Of a stretch of 64,000 nucleotides of DNA, positions 49,499 through 59,829 are shown piece by piece. The translations under genes and the position numbers were made by a program. Below the pieces are notes generated by a model, which saw nothing but the letters and a program-made list of their open reading frames with translations, was not told the origin of the DNA and searched no databases. The DNA is taken from assembly GCA_963792585.1 (NCBI GenBank), contig CAWBWI010000001.1:1120001-1184000 (forward strand), read 5' to 3'. Origin of the DNA: Candidatus Eiseniibacteriota bacterium. Its GTDB lineage: Bacteria > Eisenbacteria > RBG-16-71-46 > CAIMUX01 > VGJL01. Numbering within the stretch: position 1 is the stretch's first letter; each line of letters opens with the position of its first letter.

Positions 49499-52400
49499 CT
49501 AGCGGGTCGCTTCCGGGACGAAGATCTCGTGGCTCCGGGTTCCGACCGGCTCCCCCACCGTCAGGCGGATCGCGCGAGGACCAAGCCGGGCTCCGAGCTC
49601 CCCCAGCAGGGGGTCGCAAGCCTGGATTCGGGTCGCCCGAAGGCGCACCTGGACCCCCTCGACGCTCTGATGATCGATGTGCATCCAGACCGGAGAGGAT
49701 CCGGGGTGGCGATCCAGGAGGCAGCGGATGTCATTCAGGAGGTCCTCGCCGGCGGAACGCGAGAGGGCGAGGTGGAGGGTCAACTGGCCGTTCGTCTGGA
49801 GGTCGGCGAGCGGGACGGCCTCCTCGACACGGATCTTCGGCTTCTGATCCTCGCGGGTGGAGACCCGACCCCGGAGCAGGAGGGGGGTGTCGGTGTCGAA
49901 GTAGCGTCCGTAGCTCTGGTAGGCGTCGCTGAAAACGAGGCACTCGACCGTGCCGGTAAAGTCCTCGAGCGAGACGAAGGCGATCGGGTTGCCCCGCTTG
50001 TCGACGCTCTTGCGCACCTGGGTCGGCAGGCCGGCGGCCAGGGCAGACTCATGGTCCGGGAGTGTGTCGAGAAGATGGATCGGCAGGACGCCGAGGCTGT
50101 CGAGGAGGCGACGGTGCTCCTCGAGCGGGTGCCCGGAGACGAAGAAGCCGAGCGAGTCCTTCTCCCTGCGAAGCAGGTCGCGGCTCGGCCACTCCTCCGC
50201 TTCGATCAGCGGCGGATGGCGGGGCGATTCTTCCTCGACCGCCCCACCCCCGAAGAGGCTCTCCTGCCCCATCGAATGTTCCTTGCGGACCCGTGCGGCC
50301 CACTCGAACGCCGAAGGAATCGACTCGAGGATCTGTGCGCGGTGTCCGCCGAGCGTGTCGAAGGAGCCCGCCTGCGCGAGGCTCTCGACGCACTTGCGGT
50401 TCACGCGGGTCGGATCGATTCGATGGCAGAAATCGTGCAGATCGCGGAAAGGTCCTTCCGCCCGGGCCTCGATGATCGCCTCGACCGCGCCGTGCCCGAC
50501 CCCCTTGACCGCCTCGAGTCCGAAACGGATGGCGCCCTCCTGCACGCTGAAGGCGACATCCGAGAGATTCACGTCGGGGGGAAGCACCCGCATCGAGAGT
50601 CTGCGCGCGTCCGCGAGCAGGATCATCACGCGGTCCTTGTCCGACATTTCCGAGGTCAGCGAGGCGGCCAGGAACTCGGCGGGGTAGTATCGCTTCAGCC
50701 AGGCCGTGTGGTATGCGACGAGGGCGTAGCCCGCGCTGTGGCTCTTGTTGAAGCCGTATCCGGCGAAGTGCTCCATGAGCGCAAAGGTCTTTCGAGCCAC
50801 CTCGGAGGAGACGCTGCGCGCGACGGCACGCTCGATGAAGCCCGCCCGCTGCTCGTCCATGATCTCGGCCTTCTTCTTCCCCATTGCGCGGCGGAGCAGG
50901 TCGGACTCGCCGAGCGAGTAGCCGGCCATGGCACTTGCGATCTGCATCACCTGTTCCTGGTAGACGATGACCCCGTAGGTGTCCTTCAGGATCGGCTCGA
51001 GGAGCGGGTGCTCGTAACGGATCTTCTTCGCCCCCTGCTTGCGCTGGATGAAGTCGTCGATCATCCCGCTGCCGAGCGGACCGGGCCGGTAGAGGGCGTT
51101 CATCGCGGTCAGGTCCTCGAGGGAGTTCGGGACGGAGCTTCTGCAGGTATTCGGTCATCCCGGAAGACTCGAACTGGAAGATCCCCACCGTGTCGCCGCG
51201 GGCGAACAGGCCGTAGACATCGGGGTCATCGAGCGGGAGCGACTCGAGATCGACGGAGACATCGTGATTGCGCCGGATCGCCTCGAGCGTGTCCTGCAGG
51301 ACGGTAAGGGTCCGCAGGCCCAGGAAGTCCATCTTGAGCAGGCCGATCTGCTCCACCGAGCTCATGTCCCACTGGGTGGTCACGTCACCTTCGCCCGTGC
51401 GGTACAGGGGGACGTTCTCCATCAAAGGTGTCGGGCTGATCACCACACCGGCCGCGTGGGTCGAGGCGTGGCGAGCGAGCCCCTCGAGAACCTGTCCCGT
51501 CTCGATCAGGTCGCGCACTTGCGGGTCCTCGTCGTACCGGGCCTTCAGATCGGGACTTTCCTCGAGCGCCTTCTTCAACGTGATGTGCAGGGTCGCGGGG
51601 ACCATCTTCGCGATCCGGTCGACGTCGCTGTAGGGCATTCCCTTGACGCGACCCACGTCGCGTACGACCGCGCGCGCGGCCATCGTTCCGAAGGTGATGA
51701 TCTGCGTGACGTTCTCCGCGCCGTACTTCTCGATCACGTAGCGGATCACTTGCGCGCGCCCGCGGTCGGAGAAATCCACGTCGATATCGGGCATGCTGAT
51801 CCGCTCGGGGTTCAGGAAACGCTCGAAGATCAGGTTGTAGCGAATCGGGTCGATATTCGTGATGCTGAGGCAATAGGCGGCGAGGCTGCCCGCCGCCGAT
51901 CCACGCCCCGGTCCGACCGGCACTCCCTGGGAACGGGCATGGGCGATGAAGTCCTGGACGATCAGGAAGTAACCCGCATAGTTCATCTTCCCGATCACGT
52001 CGAGTTCGTACCGGAGTCGCGCGACCAGATCTTCGCCCGGGTCGCCGTAGCGTCGCCGCAATCCCGCCATGCAGAGCGACTCGAGATAAGCATCGAGGGA
52101 GGCGTGCTCCGGCGGGCAGGGGAAGTGCGGCAGCCGCAGCTTGCCGAACTCGAGCGGTACGTCGCACATCTCCGCGACCTGAATGGTGTTGTCGAGCGCA
52201 TCGGGGATCTCGCCGAAGAGGGCCTCCATCTCCTCCGCGCTCTTCAGATACATCTCCGGCGTCTCGAACCGAAGCCGGTTCACGTCGGTCTGGACCTTGC
52301 CCGTCTGGATGCAGAGCAACGCATCGTGCGCCGGCGAGTGCTCCCGATGCAGGTAGTGGCAGTCGTTGGTGACGACGGTCGGAAGGTCCATCTCTCTTCC

Positions 52401-52979
52401 GAGATCGACCAGCCTGCGGATGTTGCGCCGCTCGTCCTCGATTCCGTGATCCTGGATCTCGAGGTAGTAGGCGTCGAGAACCTCACGGTAGAAGTCGGCC
52501 GCATCCCGGGCCTTCTCGTATCGCTCCTCGCGCAGGTGGACATTGACCTCGCCGTTCAAACACCCCGAGAGGCCGATCAGGCCCTCCCCGTACTGCCGGA
52601 GCAGTTCCTTGTCGATGCGGGGCCGGTGGTAGAGTCCCTCGAGAAAGGCATAGCTCGATAGCTTCAGCAGGTTCTGGTAGCCCGTCCGATTCTTCGCCAG
52701 GAGAACGAGGTGGTAGTTGTTCCGTTCCCCCTTCGCCTGGTTGCGGTCGTGGCGGGAGCCCGGGGCGACGTAGGTCTCGATGCCCAGGATCGGTTTCAGG
52801 GCGTGGCTCTTCGCCGCCCTGTAGAACTCGATCAGCCCGAACAGATTGCCGTGGTCGGTGACCGCGAGGGCGGCCATGCCGAGTTCGACGGCACGCCGGA
52901 CCATGTCCTCCAGCTTGCAGGCACCGTCCAACAGGCTGTAATGACTGTGGTTATGAAGGTGGACGAACGGTCGACTCAA
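49499..52979 (-). CDS. dnaE: DNA polymerase III alpha subunit (frameshift at ~51130)
   Basis: 'FVHLHNHSHYSLLDG', 'GRGSAAGS', 'PDIDVDF', 'KMDFLGL'; then 'ALYRPGP', 'YGFNKSHSAGY' and an OB-fold tail. Confidence 0.96.
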
Positions 52980-53072
52980 TCGCGCCTCCCCCCCGAGTGC
53001 CCGGATTTGCGCGCACTTCCAGGCGCGGGCGCCAAAATATCACACTCCCCTCGGGATCACAAGCAGGTCCGA

Positions 53073-53101
53073 TTGACACCCCGTTCCGGGATTCCTACAC
53101 T
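53073..53101 (+). promoter_or_regulatory. Near-consensus sigma70 promoter
   Basis: TTGACA-17-TACACT upstream of 53139. Confidence 0.7.
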
Positions 53102-53138
53102 CCCGACCGGCCCAAGAGGCTACGGGGGAACAACTCAC

Positions 53139-53672
53139 ATGAACTCGACTCGGACGATCCGCGACCGCCTGCCCGGCCTCGGCCTGGCGCTCGTCCTCTT
53201 CCTATCCGCATCCGGGATTCCATCGCGTCCGGCCCGGGCCGGAGAGAGCGAGGACCGGCTGCTCAGCATCACCAAGACCACTGTCTACGGTGCGCTCCTC
53301 GGCGGGCTTCTCGGCGTGGCAAGCGCCCTCGTTGTCGAGGAAGGCAAGCGCGATAGCGCGATCCGCTGGGGGATCGCTATCGGCGCCTTCGGCGGATGCA
53401 TCTACGGCATCGTGGACACCTCGGGTCGCAACCCCGATGAGTTCGACTTGCTTCCCCCCACGATCGCGCCTTCCGACGACCTCGATCTGGTTCAAGGATG
53501 GAGACTCGGAGGCACCCTCTCGGCCCCCGATCCCGGCCCGATCCGTATGACCGGCCGCGGGGCATCCCCCCGGCCTGCAGAGGTACTCCATGGCGGACAC
53601 GAAGAAGCAGAAGACGGCGGCGAAGAAGGGCGGCGTTGCGCCGAAGGAGGGCACCCCACGATCGGCCTCTAA
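53139..53672 (+). CDS. Hypothetical exported/membrane protein with glycine-zipper-like helices (3' end uncertain)
   Basis: Signal-like N-terminus; 'YGALLGGLLGVA' and 'WGIAIGAFGGCIYG'; overlaps the next gene by 83 nt. Confidence 0.6.
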   Translation: MNSTRTIRDRLPGLGLALVLFLSASGIPSRPARAGESEDRLLSITKTTVYGALLGGLLGVASALVVEEGKRDSAIRWGIAIGAFGGCIYGIVDTSGRNPDEFDLLPPTIAPSDDLDLVQGWRLGGTLSAPDPGPIRMTGRGASPRPAEVLHGGHEEAEDGGEEGRRCAEGGHPTIGL

Positions 53673-54327
53673 GCTGAAGCCCGCGGTTTCCGCTGGGAAG
53701 ACGAAGAAGGGCGCACCCCCGGCGCCGCCGGCTCACCGCTCCAGGGGTGGAGAATCACCCGCCGTACCGTCGCGCATCTCGGAACTCGAGCGGGAACTCG
53801 CCGAGGCCCGCACGCGGATTCGCCAGCTCGAGGAGGAACATGACGCGCTGGCCCTCTTCGAGGAGGAGCCCGACGCCCAGAAGCAGCTCGAGGAGGCCCG
53901 GGACAAGATCCGTTCCCTCAAGGCGGCCCTCGAGCAGAGCCGCGCCCGCGTCACGGACAAGGCGCCGGGCGAGCTGGCCGAGATCGACTTCGATGAGGAC
54001 GCCGAGGAAGAGGAGGCGCCCGCCGCCGCAGAGGAGATCGATGACGTCGATGCGATCTACGACCGGCTGGACGATCCGCGCGTGCGTCGCCGGGAACTCG
54101 ATCGGGAACGAATGGACCGGGAGGGCGAGGCCGGAGATGAGCCGTTCTGGATGGTTTGCCCGAAGTGCGGCGACGCGATCGAGGAGATCGAGTCCGAGGA
54201 CGTCAAGCTCGAACGCTGTGAGACCTGCGGCGGGATCTACCTGGATCGAGGCGAGGTCGAGATGCTGCTCTCCCTGAGCCGCGGGCGCGAAGGGCTCCGC
54301 AGGATCCGCAACGTTTTGACTATCTGA
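53590..54327 (+). CDS. zf-TFIIB zinc-ribbon protein with Lys-rich N-terminus, coiled coil and acidic linker
   Basis: 'MVCPKCG....ERCETCGGIYLDRGEVE'; heptad-like 'ISELERELAEARTRIRQLEEE'. Confidence 0.8.
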   Translation: MADTKKQKTAAKKGGVAPKEGTPRSASKLKPAVSAGKTKKGAPPAPPAHRSRGGESPAVPSRISELERELAEARTRIRQLEEEHDALALFEEEPDAQKQLEEARDKIRSLKAALEQSRARVTDKAPGELAEIDFDEDAEEEEAPAAAEEIDDVDAIYDRLDDPRVRRRELDRERMDREGEAGDEPFWMVCPKCGDAIEEIESEDVKLERCETCGGIYLDRGEVEMLLSLSRGREGLRRIRNVLTI

Positions 54328-54337
54328 TCCTCCACTC

Positions 54338-54976
54338 TCAGCGGGAACGCGTGACGGCGGTGCGGGGACAGCCGCGGGCTACGGGGCATATGGAGCAGCG
54401 CGGCGACAGGGGCGTGCAGACGCTCTTGCCGAAACTCACCAGCAGCTCGTTGTAACCCCACCAGAGGGATCTCGGCAAGCACGCGCGCAGCGCGGTCTCC
54501 GTTTCGTCCGGGTTCCGTGTCGCTACCAGCCCCAGGCGGTTTGAGATCCGGTGGACGTGGGTGTCGACGCAGAGGGCGGCCTGTCCGTGACCAAGCAACA
54601 GAACCAGGTTGGCGGTCTTGCGGCCCACACCCGGCAAGGCGAGCAGCTCCTCCATGGTGGCTGGCACACGACCCCCATGTTCTTCCCTCAAGATGCGCGC
54701 GACGCGGCGAAGGGTCCGCGCCTTGGTATGATAGAAGCAGGCGGGGTAGATCGCCTTCTCGATCGCGCGGGCGGGCATTCTCTCGAGTCGGTCGACCGTC
54801 GGCGCGAGGTCCAGGAGCCGACGCGTCGACACCTCCGTCACCTCATCGCGCGTGCGAAGCGAGATCAGAGTTCCCACCAGGACTTCGAAGGGGTCGTGCC
54901 TCTCTCCGGCGATACGCGTCATCGCCGCGGGCGAGAGCCCCTGCTGCCGTGCGAGATTCGCTACGATGCGCCGCAT
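54338..54976 (-). CDS. nth: Endonuclease III (start could lie up to ~55015)
   Basis: 'DPFEVLV', HhH 'LLALPGVGRKTANLV', 'VDTHVHRISNRLG', FeS motif 'CTPLSPRCSICPVARGC'. Confidence 0.93.
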   Translation of the reverse strand: MRRIVANLARQQGLSPAAMTRIAGERHDPFEVLVGTLISLRTRDEVTEVSTRRLLDLAPTVDRLERMPARAIEKAIYPACFYHTKARTLRRVARILREEHGGRVPATMEELLALPGVGRKTANLVLLLGHGQAALCVDTHVHRISNRLGLVATRNPDETETALRACLPRSLWWGYNELLVSFGKSVCTPLSPRCSICPVARGCPRTAVTRSR

Positions 54977-55011
54977 CCGTGCGTGCAGCGCGCGTCGCTC
55001 TCCGGAAGGCG

Positions 55012-56013
55012 TCAGCGCCCGGACCGCCCGGAGCCCCATGCGCCGCGGACCGAGCCCCACGAAGTCGTCTTGATCGGCACCGGCTTCTGCTCCCATGTGA
55101 GGCCGACGGCGCTCCAGAGGATCATGTTCTCGTCCCCGACGGCGACGAATCCCCCTCCCGCCCCGCTCCCGGTGTGGGCGACCGCATACAGATCGACGGC
55201 CGTCGGGACCTCGATCTTCGCCCAGATCTCCCCACCGTTTGAATAAAGGACGGTCCCGCCGTCTCCCACCGCGATGCCGATCATTCCGTCGAAGGTGACG
55301 GCGTTGAGTCTGGTCGTGACGGGACTCGTCAGCATCTCCCATTCCCGGGCGTTTGGAATCGAGCGAAGGATCACACCCGCGTCGCCGACCGCCCAGAACC
55401 GGGGCGCCGCGCCGGGACCGATCCCGACCCCGCGGAGGTTCTCGACCGTGGGGATGACATCCGACAGATACCATGTGGTCGCCAGGTTGGCAGGGGCCCA
55501 GATGATCGATCCGGAATCTCCTACGGCGACGGCAAACGTCGGGCCCGCCGTGATCGCTCGAAGAGGCTTGTGGGTCGGCCGATTCGCGACGACCGTCCAG
55601 TTGTCGCTCGTCAGGCTCGCCGAGATGGTGATCACCCCCGAGTCTCCAACGGCCACGAGGCGCGTGGAGGTGTTGTGGACGCCATAGAGATCGAGGGAGG
55701 TGCGGCTACTGCGCGGTAACCACCGGATGCCGGTCGCGTCCGCGCTCCGCAAGAGCTTGCCTTCCGTGCCCACGGCGACGTAGTCGTTGGCGCCGATCGA
55801 AACGGCGCGCATTGCCGACAAGGTCGCGCGGTCCGTGCCGAACCAGGCGACGTGGGGCGCCTGGGGGGATTGGAGGATCCGCCCGCTGTCGGCGACGGCA
55901 ACCGCAGTGGTGCCCCGGGACGCGACCCCGTAGATTGCGTCCTTCGATTCGGCACGCCCGGCGACGAGACCGATGAGGCAGATGGCGAGCAGGAGCAGCC
56001 GTGGGTTTCTCAT
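55012..56013 (-). CDS. Secreted YCF48/BNR-like beta-propeller protein
   Basis: Signal peptide; seven repeats of 'L..V....AVGD.G.IL.S..G..W'. Confidence 0.85.
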   Translation of the reverse strand: MRNPRLLLLAICLIGLVAGRAESKDAIYGVASRGTTAVAVADSGRILQSPQAPHVAWFGTDRATLSAMRAVSIGANDYVAVGTEGKLLRSADATGIRWLPRSSRTSLDLYGVHNTSTRLVAVGDSGVITISASLTSDNWTVVANRPTHKPLRAITAGPTFAVAVGDSGSIIWAPANLATTWYLSDVIPTVENLRGVGIGPGAAPRFWAVGDAGVILRSIPNAREWEMLTSPVTTRLNAVTFDGMIGIAVGDGGTVLYSNGGEIWAKIEVPTAVDLYAVAHTGSGAGGGFVAVGDENMILWSAVGLTWEQKPVPIKTTSWGSVRGAWGSGRSGR

Positions 56014-57269
56014 GGCGTTTCGACCTTCTTGGGAGCGACGGTCAGCTTCACCGTCCGGACCCCATATGGATAGACCTCGACAACTTCGAATGCGGTCCCC
56101 GAGAGCTCGAACCGATCCCCCTCTCGGGGAATTCGACCCAGCCGGCGCATGACCAGCCCGCCGATCGTATCGTAGCGCAGTTTCGGAAGTTCCAGCGCCA
56201 ACTCCTCATTGACATCATCCACGTCGGTCAGGGCGTCGACCATGTAAACACCCTCATCCAGCCTGCGGATCCGCTTGACCCCCACCTCATGTTCATCGGC
56301 CATCTCGCCGACAATCTCCTCCACGATGTCCTCCATGGTGACGATCCCGGTGCAGGAGCCGAACTCGTTGACCACCACCACCATGGACTCCCCCCGCCGC
56401 TGCATTTCGACCATGAGGCGGTCGATCCGCTTGGTCTCTGGCACCAGGGTGATCGGGCGCATCGTGGCCTCGACCGTATCGACCCCATCCGGGGCGAGAA
56501 GGGCATCGAAGATTTGCACGACGCCGACGATCCGATCGACCCGGCGGTCGTAGACCGGAACCCGTGTGACTCCCCGGCGGCGGACGAGCGCTCGCAGCAT
56601 GTCAATCGAATCCGTCCGTTCGATCGCGACGACGAGCGGCATCGGGACCATCACCTCACGGGTTGTCGTGTGCGCGAAGTCGAGGATCGACTGGAGCATC
56701 CGCTTCTCCTGCCGGAGCGGGCCGGTCTCCACGCGAACGTCGCGCACGAGGATGCGGATCTCCTCGCGCGTCAGGAGCGGCGCTTTCCTTCCGCGCCTCA
56801 GAACGCGGAGGATCAACCGCACGAAGAGCCCCGCCCCCGCCGTGATCGGCAGGAGCAGCAGGTCGAGGGCAAAGAGGGGTCGCGACACCGACATCAGTAT
56901 CGTCTCGGCGTGCAGACGCGCGATGCTCTTCGGCAGCACCTGTCCGAAGAGCAGGATGACGATGGTGACGAAAAGCGTCGAGATCCCCGTTGCGGCCGCC
57001 GCGTTCGGGACGAGCTGCTCGAAGAAACGGGTCGCAATGGCCGCCGCCGTCGAGGCCAGGATCGTGCTGGCGACGAGGAGGGTGACAAGGACCCGGTCGC
57101 GGCGTTGGAGCAGATCGAGCGAGAGGTCGGCGCCCGCGCGGCGGGCCTTCGCGGCTCCATGGAGATGGACCCGATCGGCCACCAGGAGGGCGATCTCCGT
57201 TCCCTCGAAGAGCGCCACGCCCAGCAGGCAGGCGATAAAGAGCGGGATCTGAAGCGTCGGCTCGCTCAC
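56010..57269 (-). CDS. Hemolysin-family CNNM (DUF21)-CBS-CorC protein
   Basis: 'LFGQVLPKSIA', 'REVMVP', 'VVNEFG..TGIVTMEDIVEEIVGE..DEH', 'YDTIGG'. Confidence 0.92.
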   Translation of the reverse strand: MSEPTLQIPLFIACLLGVALFEGTEIALLVADRVHLHGAAKARRAGADLSLDLLQRRDRVLVTLLVASTILASTAAAIATRFFEQLVPNAAAATGISTLFVTIVILLFGQVLPKSIARLHAETILMSVSRPLFALDLLLLPITAGAGLFVRLILRVLRRGRKAPLLTREEIRILVRDVRVETGPLRQEKRMLQSILDFAHTTTREVMVPMPLVVAIERTDSIDMLRALVRRRGVTRVPVYDRRVDRIVGVVQIFDALLAPDGVDTVEATMRPITLVPETKRIDRLMVEMQRRGESMVVVVNEFGSCTGIVTMEDIVEEIVGEMADEHEVGVKRIRRLDEGVYMVDALTDVDDVNEELALELPKLRYDTIGGLVMRRLGRIPREGDRFELSGTAFEVVEVYPYGVRTVKLTVAPKKVETP

Positions 57270-58531
57270 GCCTCATCCCCCTCGACGTCGAGATTGCGCA
57301 CGCGCGCCTTCTGGATCCGATGGCGTGAGACCTCCAGAACCTCGAACTCGAGGTTCTCCCAGCGGAGCACGGCGCCCGGACGGGGAAAGCCGCCGTGGAG
57401 GGCGCACAGGAAGCCGTTCACCGTGACCGCCTGCTCCTGCGGCAGGTCGATCTCGAGCCGGCCGCTGAGATCCGCCAACGACGTTCGACCGCGGATTTCG
57501 AAGACTCCGGGGTCGACTTCGACGATCTCCTCGACGGATGGCTCGTACTCGTCGTGCAACTCGCCCACGACCTCCTCGATGAGATCCTCGAGCGTGACGA
57601 TACCGACCGTCTCCCCGTACTCGTTGACGACCACCGCCATCTTCCAGCGTCCCTTGCGCAGGTCGTGGAAGATCCGATCGATCGGCGCCTTCTCGGGAAC
57701 GATCAGGACCGGGCGGAGCAGATTGGCGATCCGCGCGCCCGGATCGAGCAGGAACTCGCGTGATGGGAGAAAGCCGACGATGGAATCGATGGTCCCCTCG
57801 TGGAGGGGAATCCGCGCGTGCTTCGACACGGCGATCATTTCCCGAAGCTCACCCCTGTCGGCCGTTGCGGGAGCGGACACGATGTCGATGCGCGGAGTCA
57901 TCACCTCCTCCGCCGTGGTGCGCGAGAAATCGAGGATGTTCTGGACGAGCCGGCTCTCGAGCTGGCTCATCCCGGCTTCCTCGTCGATGTCCTCGAGCGC
58001 CGCGCGAAGTTCGGTCGCAGTCACGCGGCGGGTGGATCCCCGCTCCAGCGATCGGAGCCCCACGGCGCGACCCAGCAGACCCGCAACGGCGGTCATCGCC
58101 AACGTCAACGGATGGAGCAGGGGCATCAACACCGCGAGCGGGAGGGCGGAGGAACGGCTCACGGGGCGCGGGAAGTTGACCGCGATCGTCTTGGGGAGGA
58201 TCTCGCAGATCAGGAGGATCACCGCGGACGTGAGCAGGATGGCGACTTGCACCCCGCCCTCGCCGAACCTCTCGACGGCGATCCAGGTCGCCACGGAGGT
58301 GAGGGCAACGTTGACCAGCGTGTTGCCGACCAGCAGCGTGTTCAGGAGGCGCTGGGGCGCGGCCAGGAGTCTCAGGACCCCGCGGGACGCTCGATCCCCA
58401 CGCGCCTGGATCTGTCGGATCTGGATCTGGTTCAAAGAGAAAAGCGCGGCTTCGGCGCCCGAAAAGAGCGCCGAAACCAGCACCAGGATTGCGAGAATTA
58501 CAATGGTTGGTCCGAACATCACATAGGGCAT
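57266..58531 (-). CDS. Hemolysin-family CNNM (DUF21)-CBS-CorC protein, paralog
   Basis: 'SALFSGAEAALFSL', 'TLLVGNTLVN', 'EILPK', 'VMTPRIDI', 'VVNEYG...TLEDLIEEVVGE'. Confidence 0.93.
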   Translation of the reverse strand: MPYVMFGPTIVILAILVLVSALFSGAEAALFSLNQIQIRQIQARGDRASRGVLRLLAAPQRLLNTLLVGNTLVNVALTSVATWIAVERFGEGGVQVAILLTSAVILLICEILPKTIAVNFPRPVSRSSALPLAVLMPLLHPLTLAMTAVAGLLGRAVGLRSLERGSTRRVTATELRAALEDIDEEAGMSQLESRLVQNILDFSRTTAEEVMTPRIDIVSAPATADRGELREMIAVSKHARIPLHEGTIDSIVGFLPSREFLLDPGARIANLLRPVLIVPEKAPIDRIFHDLRKGRWKMAVVVNEYGETVGIVTLEDLIEEVVGELHDEYEPSVEEIVEVDPGVFEIRGRTSLADLSGRLEIDLPQEQAVTVNGFLCALHGGFPRPGAVLRWENLEFEVLEVSRHRIQKARVRNLDVEGDEA

Positions 58532-58546
58532 TCAGCCTTGGCCGGC

Positions 58547-58575
58547 AGTGTAGGGGCGCGAAGGTCGAGGGTCAA
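58547..58575 (-). promoter_or_regulatory. Sigma70-type promoter of the CNNM-CNNM-YCF48-nth unit
   Basis: TTGACC(58575-70)-17-TACACT(58552-47). Confidence 0.6.
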
Positions 58576-58645
58576 GGCGCACCGCGCGATGGGACGGAAT
58601 GCCGGGACCGGCGTTGGTGGGTGGGGAAAGGTTCGCGGCTCCGGA

Positions 58646-59599
58646 TCAGCCCTTGCTCGCGATCGCCGTCAGGCGATCTCCCCCCCGATTCCACAATGAG
58701 GAGGTGAGCAAGGCCATCACCTGCAGGGCCACCTTTCCAGCATTCTCCACCGGGCTTCCGCGAAGTCCCATTCGACGAAGGGGAACTGCGGACTGGCGAA
58801 TCTCGACGCGCCGGAGCCCGGCGGCGTCGAGGGTCCCCCGAAGACTGCGCGGCGTGTACTCGAAGAGGTGATACGGGGGGATCCTGAGGGTCTTGAATCG
58901 CCCACGCGCTCTGTAGATCGCGAGACCGAGCCGTGCGGACGCGAGATTCATTGTCGACGGCACGGCGATCGCGAGGACCCCATCGGATCGAAGCCACCGC
59001 TTCAGGAGGTTCAGGGAGGCGAGCGGATCGGGGAGATGCTCCAGGACGTCTCCGAGGAAGATGGCATCGAAGCGCCCGTCTTCGAAGATCCCGTCGGCGA
59101 TATCCCCCCGCGTGACCTGTAGCCCGAGCGTGTCCGACGCGTGCCGGACGGCATACTCGGAAATCTCCAGCCCGTGCACGCTCCACCCCAGCTCCCGGAC
59201 CTCGTGGAGAAGGAACCCCGGACCGCAGCCGACCTCCAGGAATCTGCCCCGATCGGAAACACGCCGTCGGATCAGCGCATCGAGTCTCTCGGCAGCGGCC
59301 CGTCGTTGGCGATCGGAGTTCTGAGCCATTTCCATGTACGCGACCGGACCGTGCGCCCCGCACGTATCGGTGCAGTTCGTGAAGTAGGCCTCGTCGTACA
59401 TCGCGGCGATTTCGAGCGCGGTCGGCTGCGGCTCGACGAAGATGAGCGAGCAGCGGAGACACCTCACCCCGTACAGAAAGCGATCCTTGAATGCGTACCG
59501 GAACGGGAGTCCCTGAGCTTCCGGCGCGCCGCAAACATGGCAGGTCGCGCGGACGACTTCCAATCGACCGGAAGGAGCCTCGGTGAGGGCCGCGGTCAT
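58646..59599 (-). CDS. Class I SAM-dependent methyltransferase with N-terminal CxxC...CxxC (glycan-associated type)
   Basis: 'CHVCG...CLRCSL', 'LEVGCGPGFLL', 'GLEIS', 'DVLEHLPDP', 'PYHLFEY'. Confidence 0.9.
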   Translation of the reverse strand: MTAALTEAPSGRLEVVRATCHVCGAPEAQGLPFRYAFKDRFLYGVRCLRCSLIFVEPQPTALEIAAMYDEAYFTNCTDTCGAHGPVAYMEMAQNSDRQRRAAAERLDALIRRRVSDRGRFLEVGCGPGFLLHEVRELGWSVHGLEISEYAVRHASDTLGLQVTRGDIADGIFEDGRFDAIFLGDVLEHLPDPLASLNLLKRWLRSDGVLAIAVPSTMNLASARLGLAIYRARGRFKTLRIPPYHLFEYTPRSLRGTLDAAGLRRVEIRQSAVPLRRMGLRGSPVENAGKVALQVMALLTSSLWNRGGDRLTAIASKG

Positions 59600-59829
59600 G
59601 GGCGCCATGCTATCGGAGGTTTCTCCCGGCGGTCAACGCAGCGCAGATCGACCCCGGGCCCTCCGATCGATGTCCGGCCGGTCCCGTCCGCGATGTGTGG
59701 GAATCCGGCGCTTTCCGACGGGAATTCGGCCGCCGGACCCACCCGCCGTTACCATTGAGATCATCGCTCCGACCATGGTATGGTTCCTCATTGTGCCCGG
59801 TAGGCCCGGGTCGAGGGAGGATCTGATTC

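Noticed and set aside
51100..51150. Split dnaE as a programmed frameshift, split intein or pseudogene
   Set aside because: Removing one base from the short G/C run restores 'KLRPNSLEDLTAMNALYRPGP'. There are no intein motifs and the gene is essential, so sequencing error is the simplest explanation.
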